A DNA stretch of 64,000 bases. Source: Phoronis australis. Its lineage: Eukaryota; Animalia; Phoronida. Made by a program: the position numbers and the translations under genes. Position 1 is the stretch's first letter, and each line of letters opens with the position of its first letter. Below, piece by piece: positions 1 through 12,875 of this stretch. Below the pieces are notes generated by a model that saw only the letters and a program-made list of their open reading frames with translations, did no database searches and had not been told where the DNA came from. Location: the NCBI GenBank assembly GCA_002633005.1, contig NMRA01000350.1:379642-443641 (forward strand), written 5' to 3'.

Positions 1-1170
1 TCCTACATGTAAGCCCATACCGCATTTTTTACCCGGAGTAGGCCTATATTGCAGTGAGTATGTTTTGGGACACATTGTAGAACTGTCAGAATAATCTTCA
101 GTGTCTTTGAGATTTACTTCAGATTGACAAAAATGGTCTAGTGCACTTATAGCTATTCGGGATCGGATGATTTAGATTTTCCCAACTTCAGCCAGCAACT
201 ACATGTAAGTTCACTATAGTGAATTAAGCAACATCAAGTCTTAGAACATTAGTCTCTGTTGTCAAAAATCATCTATGTATCAATCGATTTTCGTAGAAAA
301 ATACAACTAAAACGTGTAAACACACCAATAAATCCGTTGTTTATCAAAAAGGATTGTTCTCGAACGTGTGGTCGCAGATTCTGGACGGACGACCGGGCGA
401 ACGTTGGAGACTTGGTATCCCACGACTTTACTGAGTCGTGTTAATGTTCATTTTGGTTTACTCAATAGTCGAATATAACGTGCCCGTATCTTGAGAACCA
501 GTGTGATGCCCGTTATTCAGCCATGGAGAAAATTGGTTCTCAAAATTCGGGCTCGTTATATCCAACCATTACCCATTCCAATCGTAGCTATTACGGTTTA
601 TGAATCAACTAGAGTTACAAAAATCGCTGTTGGTTGCCAACACATGCGCAGTGCTTTAAAACCTTACTGTGTTGAACATGTACCCTGTAGACGGTCATAC
701 AAAATCCTACCCCCAAGACTCTATCTCAAAACGTTAATCAAGTACAAATACTTGAAAACATTTACCAAATTAAGTAATGTATAATTATGTGTAATGTTTT
801 CCTCTTTTTGCTTATCAAACTACAAGCCTTTGTGAACATATTTGTCAGGGTGTCGCGGCCATGAATTCAGAAAGTCATCCCCTACTCGTCTCTTTTCGTG
901 TCCCAAGTTCTCTGAACATACAGATTTGACTGTCTATTCTCCAAAATCTTTGCATGTGACGTGTAGTATTCACGTTCCTTCAATGGGAGTTTTGGGTTTT
1001 GTGAGGTTTTAGGTCGTTTATAATAATTTTATATCATCGAATCTAACTACAAAAACACTTATTATGGAAAATGATGACTTTTGACTGTTAAAGAAAAATT
1101 CACAATGCTTTGGTTTACCGCAACGCGATATCATCAGCGGAAAACGTTGACTTCATGTATCCAATAACGG

Positions 1171-1412
1171 GCATGCGCGCACCCAGCCTAAAATATAGCG
1201 GTGTTCGAATTTTTTGATAAGCTCACCTTTTACTGACAAAAATCAACGAGGAAAAAAACGGTGCTACTAGGTTCAGGCCTACGAGCATAATTCCTGTGGA
1301 CTTCTTGGACTTTTGTCTTGTTTACTAGAACTTTTTGTTTCGCTGAGGCGGACCCGTTTTTGCCCAATTCGCCAAATTGGCTCGTTCGAGCCCCACGAGT
1401 CCTCCTGGGTGC
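1171..1412. mobile_element. Non-autonomous DNA transposon (MITE, possibly hAT-type), copy 1; copy 2 at 57295-57575
   Basis: Aligns over about 240 bp with the reverse complement of 57295-57575 (shared GCATGCGCGCACCCA end, CTAGGTTCAGGC, TTGCCCAATT.GCCAAAT, GGCTCGTTCGA). Further fragments at about 2330-2360 and 2490-2550. Confidence 0.7.
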
Positions 1413-2093
1413 TGTGATTTTGTAAGTACGAAGTCCCAGGGAGCGAGCTTGACGAGTAAAAACAGGTATGGAGATAGGGGTGAAGACGACACTCAAGGCA
1501 CGAGTGAAACTGATACTGAAGGAGTGAGACCTCGCCATTTTCGACAGACTTAGCCTGTTTAAGACCGCACAAACTCGACTCTCCCGCCTCACCGCCTTTG
1601 TCTTCTGCCAGCGAGTCTACTCAGTCTACGGGAGGTCCTGAGTACCAGGGATAACATTTCTGAGTGGTAATTACAGCCTTTCATTAAATGAAGATTTTAA
1701 TTTTCTGACCAGTTTAATGCCCAGTAATATGTAGTATCCAAGTGTAAATTTACATGTACATGTATAGCCGAAGTTTTTATGCAGGCTGAATGTCAAAGCC
1801 CAGTCGCGAATTGCGGCCCACTGATTTCATGGCGAATGTCGAGTGCTTTTGACAGGGATGATCATTTATTATTAATGCTATGCTAACTCAGTGGATGCAA
1901 CTTCTGTTGAATGGTTTCGTTTTCTGTCATGACCGCTCCAAAATCACTCTCCTGTGCTGACGACCGGACTGCGGAAATCAAGAATTGTCCAATATACACG
2001 TCCATGTGCCTAACAATCACGTTCCAATCAATGCCGCAACACAATACAACGTTTTCGTCCATCAAATGCTCTTACGCGTTGGAGAAATCTTAA

Positions 2094-2324
2094 TCACATC
2101 TCAGTTTTTTCGAAATGGGCCGAGCTCTCAATGTCCCCTGAACTGATATCGCTTGGTCCACCAAGTGCGGCGCACGAACCTGTTCGGCCATTTCTGAGCG
2201 AAATTAGGGTCTTTTGGAAAGACAGAAACTGAAATAAATATTTTCTATCCCGTTGCTCAGTATTACTGCATCCTGCGCAGGCACACCTATTCCTAATGCT
2301 TGCCACAGCTCTTTTCGAGACCAT
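2094..2324 (-). pseudogene. Decayed THAP zinc-finger domain, probably a DNA-transposon relic
   Basis: Minus-strand translation gives CACAGCSN...FLS, then after a frameshift FPKDPNFAQKW..FVRRT, then SAHFEK. This follows the THAP pattern Cx2-4C...FP...W...CxxHF, but is frameshifted and the third Cys is lost. Confidence 0.55.
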
Positions 2325-3103
2325 TCTCTTGCGCGCACAGGCACCCAGCCTAAAACTGGGGGGGGGGGGGGGNTTTTACTAGGATTCTCTAGGTACGTTC
2401 AGAGCTATGAATTGTGCATTCGCTGAATTTTCATATTTCCTGCCCTTTTAGTGGACTTTCATCTCATTTTGTACCTTTTCGGGATATTTTTCTGTTTCTC
2501 TGAGGTGGACATTTTTGCCCATTTCGCCAAATTGGGGGGCTCGTTAAACGCCAATCTAAAATGGCGGAATATTATGTTTGGAGGCCACCAAATTCGGACA
2601 CCACAAAATCTTTTCCCGCGATATTCGACCAAGAATAAACTTGTTCTATTGGCCGTTAATTCGATTGTCCGAATATCGCGCAACTTTACTGTACTGCTGC
2701 CCAGTCCCGAGCGTCACCGGTCACAAGTGGAGATTGTTATGTATTTCTCGCCGACGGATATCGCGAGGATTACGTACCCCCAGTTTAATAGCTACCAACT
2801 GTTTTGTAATAACATGTTTAGCACCCTACTGTGACCGTTGAAATCACGTGGAGTAAGTACGGTTTGTGCTTTAAATAGACCATAGCGGTTTTGCTTGCAG
2901 ACTTTCAAAAGCGCTCCTGAGAGCCTTTGACGTAACGCCTTCTTCAAGGCCAGTGAACCGCATATAACCCAGTGATAATACATTAATATTATCGTAATGA
3001 TGACACCCCTTAGGCAGAGACTGTTAGTATCCTGCCGTGCGACCCTTGATAAAGTCCAAGCATTAAGACCTATCTGATCTTAACTGGTCAGGGTGCATAC
3101 CAG

Positions 3104-3508
3104 GGCCCGGTCTCCAATCTTTTTACTCGAAATGGAACTCGAAATTAGGTTTCATTGGTATTTTCTACTCTACTTTTGGGCGAACTCAAGATAAGTGTCT
3201 ATTATTCTATGCTCGAGTACACAATAACTTACGTAGATAATTTATTACCCTTAGTTCACAGTTTGTAAACCCAATATTAAAGCACTGAGTTCGAGTTTCA
3301 ACTCAAAATTTCGAGTTTTTACTCGAGTTTGTAGCACGAATATAAGGGTCTTCAAGGGCAAACTTGAACTAGAAACTCCTATGCATAAACTATAATGTAT
3401 TCGAGCACAGTCTGAAAACCAATTATCTTAAGTTCGCACAAAAGGAGCAGAGAAATTGCCAAAAATAATTTCGAGTTCGTTTCGAGTACAAAGATTAGAG
3501 ACCGGGCC
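3104..3508. mobile_element. PIF/Harbinger-like MITE with CAG target-site duplication
   Basis: About 45-bp imperfect terminal inverted repeats (TIRs) GGCCCGGTCTCCAATCTTTTTACTCGAAA / TTTCGAGTACAAAGATTAGAGACCGGGCC, flanked by CAG on both sides (3101-3103, 3509-3511); repeated ACTCGA motifs inside. Confidence 0.75.
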
Positions 3509-3671
3509 CAGGTGTGAATTTACCCTAAAGTAGGCGTATGGTTTTCTTCCCCTGGTTGGCACCAATCCTCAAGCCCCTATCTTTTCGGCCAGTGATCTTC
3601 ACCGCAACAATAGTTTATTTCTTTTCATGGTATTTTTCTTAGTGTCGAGCCGGATTTCTGGTATCTTTCCT

Positions 3672-4079
3672 GTGTTTTCTCTCTGGATAATGCGTGGCGT
3701 TTTCTAGTTTAGTCTGTCACGTGTTTTGCATAATTTTGCCTGAACCTACCTGTTGGTGGCAACTCCCCCCTGTCCCTCGCTTCCCGCCCTGTAAGTCTAT
3801 ACTCTTGCACACTGCTACGCCCGCGGGTTTCGTCCAACGGCCAGTGTCCCGGACTCGGACCTGACTGGCTAGNGTGTTTTTTCTCTGGATAATGCGTGGC
3901 GTTTTCTAGTTTAGTCTGTCACGTGTTTTGCATAATTTTGCCTGAACCTACTGTACCTGTTGGTGGCAACTCCCCCCTGTCCCTCGCTTCCCGCCCTGTA
4001 AGTCTATACTCTTGCAGACTGCTACGCCCGCGGGTTTCGTCCAACGGCCAGTGTCCCGGAATCGGACCTGACTGGCTAG
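3672..4079. repeat. Near-identical 200-bp direct duplication centred on an N (likely assembly overlap artefact)
   Basis: 3672-3872 and 3874-4079 are almost identical and meet exactly at the N at 3873. Confidence 0.8.
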
Positions 4080-6173
4080 AATCACTGCCGAAGAACTCCG
4101 TCCTCGGTAAGCAGGCATTTTGAGTGAGTGAACCGAACTTTCTAGCTGTTTCAGTAGCCATGCAATGTCTTTTTTCTCCAATTCAATTACAGGCATATTA
4201 TTGTTCCGCAATCCGTGCGCACAGTTCACATCAAATTAAAGGAATTAGTTTCCCTTTCTTTCCGATCTTCAGTAATTTATTATCAGAAGACACACTTTCT
4301 GAGCAAATTCTGCAATCAGAAAAGTTGTCATTATCTTCCAAAAATGTGGCAAAACACTTAGCAAACGACGCGTGCTCTGTGTCATATTACTGTTTGCAAG
4401 TCGACCTCTCGCTTTTCTTTTATAGAAAATCCGATGAACTATACAAGAAAACACCGCTTCATGGCTACAGCGGACAAACGAGTTGTGCGCATATTGCGTG
4501 CAACCGTCTTGCCCTTATTTCTACATGTACATGCTAACTTAAAGTGCATTGTGACTAGACGGCTCCGATCTACTTTGGCGCATGATTGACAATAGAAATG
4601 ATGTCGACTACCGAAGACTAGTCTTTTTACATGAATGTTTTACCCGTGGTATTATATAAGTTCAGCTTTTGTGCGTAATGTTCTGATGTTTCCTGATTTA
4701 AATATTGCTGCATAAACTATACACTCGTCATTGCATAATACTGCAACGATCATTTTCGAAAAACGTCGTAAAAGGTGAATATCAATCCACACGGCCTCCA
4801 GGCGAATGGGCCAATTGGGAAAATCCATGCGGGTCATGTTGATTCTTCGTCCTTTTTGCTTGAGTGGTCCCGTTGTATCTAGTCATAAGCAATTATAGTG
4901 CGTTAATTTGGTATCATCGCACTGTGAAGATGTTGTAAATGAGAAAAGACCACGTTTTCGAGTGTAGATGTACTCTTTTTCATGATGTCGTCCCTGTTGC
5001 ATCTGTGCAATGCTGAGCGGCGACTGAATAATCGGCTGAAAATTCAGGTAGATCTCACACAAGCGAGAATGGCAGCACTTGTGAGCAGCATTTTTGGAAT
5101 CTGTAAAATACTTGCTTTCACAATCTAACGATGGCTTACGTTGCGCTTCGGCATGCAGGGAAGTGGTTTGAGGTGAAAGGCAACACTCTGTATTTTCCTC
5201 CTTTTTCTTATCCTACCTTACTTTTCATTACGAGTAAAAAGGTCAAAAATACAAGACCTTTCTGTGCTCTTTTGCAGTGCTTATATTGGTAAGGGGCACA
5301 AAACTTTTAATTCTTTGCATACGGTTTTCTACAGAATAAAGAAAACTTGACAATTTAATCTGCTGGGCAAAACACCATGAGAACAGTTCTATGACCTCCA
5401 TAAAAATTTGCCTCGGCTCATTCGGCAGTAATTCAAGATCGGGTGAGAATAAAGCGCTTTGGTAAGACGTCAACACGGCTAAACAGTGGTGTCATGTAGA
5501 TTTAAGAGACAAGTATATTAACGGCACATTTGTAAGATAAAGGTGTTCTACATTTATTAGCGAATCATGAAATTCTGTCCACGAAAGCTTGTTAGTGCAT
5601 GATTAACCAGTGTCGAGTTAACATGAAGAGTGCCCTCGGACAAGCTGCAGTTTGGATCCCCAGTTCCAATTAAGTACAAAATTTACCTCCATGTAACACT
5701 CTGTCATTACAGAAAAACGGCTGTCATTGTACAGCCACTAACTGGAAAGAAAGAAATTCTCTACAGTTTCACACACCAATTTATTTTCTATTCCATCCAC
5801 CGCCGCTTTACAGCATTCTTGTTTTGAAGATCGAGCGTAATCTTTAGTTTTGAAAATATGCAGTCCTCAGATTTGAGCAGTCCGTAAGCAGCTATTGAGT
5901 TGTAACGTTCCGTACAACAGCAATCCGGAGAACCGTTCTACATTCCATGATTTTCATCGTAGTTGGTTTGTAGATTCAGGTGGTGAACTGCAGTAGTGCT
6001 TGTACTTATCATGCTAAGAGCTTGTCTTGAAGCCTATTCACAAACCCAGGTTGAAGATTACAAAGAAAGCATGCATATTAATGCAGGTATTACGTCAAAA
6101 TGTGCCTTGTTGTTCAGTTAGTGAGTTAAAGACTGGGAAGTGACTTCAATTTGGATAACGAAGTTTTTGGTTA

Positions 6174-6176
<3 letters not shown>

Positions 6177-6205
<29 letters not shown>
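6177..6205. repeat. (GT)n microsatellite abutting an assembly N
   Basis: Pure GT run ending at the N at 6206. Confidence 0.95.
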
Positions 6206-6206
6206 N

Positions 6207-9200
6207 TGGGAACTGCGGACGCAATAGCACCCGGTGCTTGCAACCTCTACGCGTTGTCTGTCTCCGTTCCTCGATGCCATCTGCCATCTCTTGAAAGTTT
6301 TGACCTTACAATTGTAAACGTATTCTCCTCGACTACCACAAACAATCCTAGAAAAGAATGAATCTAAGTTTAGTGTTATCGTTAACTGGTATGATATCGT
6401 ATATGATATCTCAAAATACAAAGATCGCAGACACACGGATGCACTGGCGCATTTGCGTAGGCACATTCACACAGAAACAGCTTGCAAACATAAGTACATG
6501 ATAGTAAACCAAGTGCCCAAGACAAACAGACAACATGTTTGATCATGGGTCAAAAGGATCAAGGATTTTACGAACACGTGCAACCTCGTGCTCAAGTCTA
6601 TACTTCAACAAAATATTTCCAAAAGGTAGATGTTGCTTCAGTTATGTTGTATAATTTGTGAAAAGTAAAATGTCTGTAAAATTCTTCTTTTATCTTGCTA
6701 GTTCGTCAGTAATTGAAAGATATAAGCATATCTTTATACTAAAGTCAATTGTCATATAGTGTTTGATTTTACTTTATTTCTGTTTCTGTTGAAGAAGGAC
6801 ACTATTATACCCGAAAATTTCGGTTGATCCATTCTTGTTGTTTTATTTACCTAATTGTAAAAAAGGAAACGCTTGACAATACGAACAAATAAAAGACGAA
6901 ATCTTAAAAAATGTAACGATTTTATAAATTATCATTTCTCTTTCGTTTTACTATACAACTGCTGTAGTAAAGTTCAATTTTCGATATCTTTACACGCAAA
7001 AGTGAAAATTTTAAAACCGATTCTTTTACAAGCAAACAATGGATAAAGCTAGATACTTGACAGTTTCATTTAAATTCGATAAGCTTTCTCTGATGTACAT
7101 GTACATGTGCGATGTTCCAAAACTATAGAAATTCTCTCGCACGTCTTTCCAGGCCGGTTACACCTACAGTGTACAGTGTACTTTTAAACCAATTGCTACT
7201 GAACAAAACATTGTGTTTCACCCATTCTGCTTTGCACAGAGTTCACTCATAGGTTCTGAGCAGTCCTTGACACAGAAAACAAACTACCGATAATGCCACC
7301 TGCCATTTTCTCGAGAACTGCACTGGCGTGTTTACAGTGATAGGGCCTACACAATAACGGTTGGACCCCAGAAGTGTTCAGTCCCAAAATGGGTCTTTTT
7401 GTGCTCATATCAGACACTGAATAAAATTGAACCTATAGTCAATGTTTATCATATTACAGTACGTTCAACATACCCTGGGCTAGAACATTTTCTTAATTGT
7501 ACTGGATGATCGAGCCTATAGTACCACCATGCAAGTTTCTTGAATCTGACAGTTCCAAAATCTTCCGATTCGCACGGCGGCTTAGTATAAGGAGGGTTGG
7601 TCAAAATGTATTCGCCGTCGATTTCATGTACAGATGAGCCATCGTCCACGTTGGCGTTGTCAAACGTGTTCTCGACATCCTCACTTCTGCGTACGTCTTT
7701 TGTATATCTAAGCTGCCCTGTGCTGATGACTGAGAAAATCCAGAGTAGAATCTGAAATCATGATATGTGTTATGAAGAAATAAAACTTCAAGTTTTATCT
7801 GCATGTGTTACTTGTGAATTCTCTTGAAATGAGGTCCGTTCGTACTAATCTTTTTAGCATCCTGGAATTTCGTCCAAAAATGTTTTCGCTTAGTAAACAA
7901 AGCTATTAATAGTTCAGTTTTAGAATTCGTGATAATATAAACTTTTTAGACTCTGCAAATAATCAATAATAATGTGTAATGCTAAAATTGCTATAATGCA
8001 AAAATTACGGATAGTATTCCTGTGTCCATTCTGGATTCATGCCATGACGGTTTATGTTTTCTGTCAAAAGCTAAAAACTAATGTTTAGCGATACAGCAGT
8101 ACATCTTAGTTTCGTTATTTTGGTTTTGCATTTACGTAGCGTTAAAATTCCTCATAAGTGAAACCCATCCCTCATCCACAGATGAACGTACATGTATGCT
8201 TTATCAGTCATGAGTTGAGAACAACACCAACTTGGCACTTTCACTGCCAAGCTGCATGCATGTCTACTCGACACAAAAGAGAAACTTTCCAGCCGCATGT
8301 TGGTTACTACCCAGAGGACTTGTTGAAGTTGTTAGCTTTGACCAGAGCTCTAAAACAGCAAAATCTGTTATTAGTTATCAACACAATCCCTAAAAAAGCT
8401 TCCACTCAAAGTTAAATCGAGGCAACAACCTCGTTTCAGCTGTACCGTTGCTTCCGCAAGAATGGCAGAATGAGACGATGTTCAAAAAAGATCAAAACCG
8501 GAGTGAAAAAAGTCAAGAGCCAATCTCCTGAGTGTGCGCGATATTGTATGGAGCTGAAACACGTTGGAGAAATAACGTTTGCAAAATGAGAATTTGGGAA
8601 CGAAGTAGATTGATGGAATAATTTTTTGAGTCTCATTAATTTTCGAATGAGCTAGGTTAGTCCGGCGGCGGGATAATTAAAAGGGTACTAAACTGTGTTT
8701 TGGAGATTTCAACCAATCCTCGTTCTGCTACCTGCCAGTGCATCATTGTCTCCCCACTTGAGTGTCGAGGGTTACAGAGTATTGTTTTGTTTCGCAGAAC
8801 TAGACGGGAACGTCTTTTTAAATATCTGCTAATAGGACAAAACCGGGTTTGGCATCCTTTTAAACAAAACCCAATCGCTTTTTGTAAATGACCAAATCTA
8901 CCTTCAAACCCAAAACCCGATAATTTTAAGTATGGAGATTTCGGGAGTAATTGTTACCAGAGAACACCTCTGTTGTTGGGCATCATGCCAGGATTCTAAA
9001 AAACTGCATGCCGGTTAAGGTGAGTTTGCAAGTTGTCGTAGGCGGTATCTGACGGTACGTCACGTGGCAATTCAAAAGTCTGGGAAATCGAGGGCGACAG
9101 ACCTCTCAGCTTTTGTGAAAACAAAACCAAATAAATTTACAAGAGAAAATCGAAATATTTTTGATGAAAAAGATTTGAAAAACAACTGAAGTGCTGTCTG

Positions 9201-10741
9201 TGATCAATTCGTGTGATTTTCTTCAACTGCGACTTGATCCACCCTTCTTCGTCGCCGATCAAGTTGCTCTGAAAGTTCAGTGATAAGTGTTTCTGTCGAA
9301 AACCCTTTGCTCACTTTCACTTACTAATATAACATCGGTCTTAAAGCTTCAGCTCCAACCAAGGTCATTCTTATGAAAAAATTGCTTGTCACGGTTTATT
9401 GCTATGGTATAAGAAAGACTATTAGATTCTAACTTGAATATTTGCTACGAAAAGTTTAATGAAAGTTACAATTGTTAAGCTTAAAACGTAGAAAATATAT
9501 ATCTGAAACTAAATAAGGCGATCCTCCCAAGGATACTATTGTTTCAAGAAATGAAGAATATAAATCGGTAAATAAAACAACAAGAATGGATCAACTGAAA
9601 TTTGAAATTTTCGGATGTAACAACTTCCTTTATCAACAAAAACAGATAAAGGAAGTTGTTACATCCGAAAATTTCGAATTTCAGTTGACCCATTCTTGTT
9701 GTTTTATTTACCGATTTATATTTTTAAGCTTAAAACAAACCTATTAACAAAAAATAACTGAACTGCTTTACATGTACATTGCGCCAGCGTGCTTTTACGA
9801 CATTTGCGTCATGTGGTTGAAAGTTTTGGACACGTCGAGTTTTTCAGCAAAAAAGATCGCTTTTACGATTTATGTGAGAAAAAAAAATCCTACTCTCGTC
9901 TTATATTTATGACACGGGCAAAACCACTTGGAAATTTCGTCAAGATCCCTCTGCAAGCCTCGGAATTTTGACAAAAAATTCCAAGAGGTTTTGCCCGTGT
10001 CATAAACATGAGACTCTTGTAGGATTCTCTATAATTACTCTGTTAGAATGATATTTTGCTAATCTCGAAGCATAATCGATAAGGTCGAAACAGGACACTG
10101 AAAAATTTCGAAGACGAAATGAATTTGTATAATTTGAATAATCCTCATCACAAAAGTGGCTCACCGGATTCACTTGAAAATTTCTGATCCATGGTTGATA
10201 TCCTGTTTTCCGGTACTCTTTAGAAATTGTTTAAACGCTCCCCTTTAACTTGAGAGGTACCAAAAATAAATCATTTAGGATTTCCAAAGTAAAACATCAA
10301 AACTTGCACAGAACGGAAGCGGGTTGACAATTAAGATTTTTATCAAATGAAATTTGCCCATGCTATTGATACCAATGGTTTGTTATCAACATAAAATTTC
10401 ATTTACTGAATTGTTTTTCAAGACTTGGTCACTTGAACCTGTTATTGACATACAGGTATGAAGTTAAACATTAAAGTTTTTGAACCTGTCTTTCTTCTTT
10501 TGGAAAATATGTACGTTTACAGAATAAATTGCTCCACAGTTTTTTACTGAAATATTTGGCTAAATGCAGAGACCTTTGTCAATAAGGCCCTTTACAACCT
10601 TAGTGCATGGTGCTCTAAAAAATAATTGAGGAGACGTGACCCTTGTTAACGAACATACTTCAATAGCTATGAAGCGCTAAATGACTCAACTCAATTCTAA
10701 AATTGAATTATAGAAAAACACCAACTCACCAGAGTCTTCAT
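6207..10741 (-). CDS. Secreted cystine-knot protein A (neurotrophin/Spaetzle-like fold); coding exons 10730-10741, 7474-7751 and 6347 down to the N gap at 6206; stop codon not resolved
   Basis: GT-AG joins with consistent phases (0, 2) give MKTL|ILLWIFSVISTGQLRYTKDVRRSEDVENTFDNANVDDGSSVHEIDGEYILTNPPYTKPPCESEDFGTVRFKKLAWWYYRLDHPVQLRKCSSPG|IVCGSRGEYVYNCKVKTFKRWQMASRNGDRQRVEVASTGCYCVRSS. Signal peptide, acidic pro-region, six Cys ending in CxC; same exon structure as paralog B. Confidence 0.8.
9557..9722. repeat. Long near-perfect palindrome (about 78-bp arms) in intron 1 of gene A; related half-copy at about 6775-6852
   Basis: AATATAAATCGGTAAATAAAACAACAAGAATGG...CCATTCTTGTTGTTTTATTTACCGATTTATATT with a loop of about 10 nt. 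CCGAAAATTTCG..GTTGA.CCATTCTTGTTGTTTTATTTACC recurs at 6811-6851. Confidence 0.85.
9886..10026. mobile_element. Short foldback MITE
   Basis: Arms AATCCTAC...TTTATGACACGGGCAAAACC.CTTGGAA and TTCCAAG.GGTTTTGCCCGTGTCATAAA...GTAGGATT are reverse complements. Confidence 0.65.
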
Positions 10742-12875
10742 GTTCAGACTGCTTGTTAAAGACAGAACAAACTAGCGATCGTGTCAGGCACGGCAACACT
10801 TAATGAGTCCCTTTCCAAAATGAATAGAACCCGTAGGTATTGCCTGCGCGATTAACAAAAAGTATGGCGTAACGCTTTTTCTGGGGCAATGATCTCTCCT
10901 GGTATACTGTAGCAATACGTGTATAGCGCCAATCCCAAGGTAGGGACCGGGATTCAGTATTGTCACTCAACCTTCATTGATGGACGACGTCTGTAAGGAG
11001 CAGCACTTGGGGACGCACCCAGGCCCAATTGGCCTTGCCTCAGTTCGGACCTAGGGAGGGGGGCGGCATACATGCACATGTGCAATACAAATTTGCCCAA
11101 ACATGGTTAACAGTTGGGATTTTTTTTCCCGGTCGCCACCATTCCCCCGGTTGCCACCAGTTTCACCACCCTAATCGTCACCCGAATTCATAACCCGGCC
11201 GATTGCCGGCTATCACTTGAGGACGACTCGGTCGTCACCCGCAGGTCGGGTGTCCGACTCACCCATCCGCGGTCGCCACTAATCCCTCTGATCGTCATCA
11301 GTCTTCCTCACATAGATAATTTATTTCTTTTCAAGTTACATCCCTGTCAATGCGAACATGCATCTATAACGTCTAAGCTACGAGGTTTTCTTCTTGTTTT
11401 GTTCGAAGTTTGCATAATTTTACCCAAATCTCTATCCTTCGATGCTCCGCCTAATACGCCCGTAGTTCTAAGCACCGTGTACTGTAGACCTGTAGGGCTA
11501 TTTGTGCTAACTGGCTACAGCACGGATCTGTAGCGCTTTTTGACCACTGCCTAAGACCTAATGCCCTAACTCCACTGGGATGTCCGAACTCCAACTTCGT
11601 CATGCGCCAGAAAACATCACGTGCCTTCAGAGACTTCGTACATATCGCCACCTGGTGTTAGAATATGTACTTTGACTACCTGGACCGGTTTAACGTTTAT
11701 GCCAAACAAGTGATGAATTTAAGTTTTAAAACTGTTTCAACAGAAGCAGTAAGAAAAGGGAGGACCTATTTTTATATTAACATAAATTAGGATGAAGTAA
11801 GAATTCCAAGGCATATTCAAGTGGTCAAACGTTGGCCCACCCGTCCTCCCGTGGATTCTTCGGCCCTTCCGACAGGGATGACGTAAAAAGACATTTTACA
11901 CTGAATGAACAGTAACATGCGCTTTTGATAGAATTTGGATGAGCCCTGTGAAACTACCAGTAATATGGAGCATACCTCAGTTAATGATTTGATAACGATT
12001 CGCACAGCTCCCATGAATAAGGTTGATCGCATATCTATGGTATTGGTTGTCATGTCACAACCAAAACCTATTACGCGTTGACATGTGCTGCCACATCACG
12101 AATTATGTGTAGCACTGAAATGGTCAGTTGTAATCGTTACGGAAAATATTGCACAAGTCAAACTTGAAGTCAACCCTCCTTCCTCCTGTTTCCGTTCGTC
12201 AAATGTTTTTATTTTGCTGGCATTCTATTCTTTTAAGAATAGAAATTGTGGAAAACACGTCAATTCGCTACGTGGAGCAAGATGTGTTGCGTTTGAAAGT
12301 ATTAGGGTCCTTTTTAATTGCTTTTGAGAATCCTGTTTTGAATGAGCAGCAAACAGGGTCGCGCCGCACGTTACACTTGTTTGCGTGACTGTTACCCCCC
12401 CCCCCCCCNTGTGTCTTTTAATTATGTCGCTAGGTCAGTTACTGTATCTATGTTCAGTTGAGAGTAGAGTTTTGTTCCGAAAGTACGAACGTAACGGAAT
12501 AAAGACTGTGAACAATGAAAAGTGTCATGCATTTAACAAATTCTGTATAACCGAAAACTTGCTCCCGAAGTACAGTCAGTTCGAGTAACTGTAAAGAACG
12601 AAATTCTCTATTTTATTCAACACTTTATTTTCTATTCCAACCACCACCTATTTACGCCATTCTTATTTTGAAGATCGTTCGCGATCTTTAGTTTTGAGAG
12701 GATGAAGTGCTCAGACTTGAGCAGCCTTCAAGATAGTAGCTATCTAGTAAGTGTAAAGTTCCGAACAACGGCAATCCGGAGAACCGTTTTACATTCCATG
12801 ATTGTCATCGCAGTTGGTTTGTAGATTCAGGTGATGATCTGCAGTGTACATGGGGTGCTGGTACTTAGCCTGTAG

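Noticed and set aside
3672-4079. Apparent tandem duplication
   Set aside because: Copies meet exactly at an N and are near-identical; most likely an unmerged contig overlap or two haplotypes.
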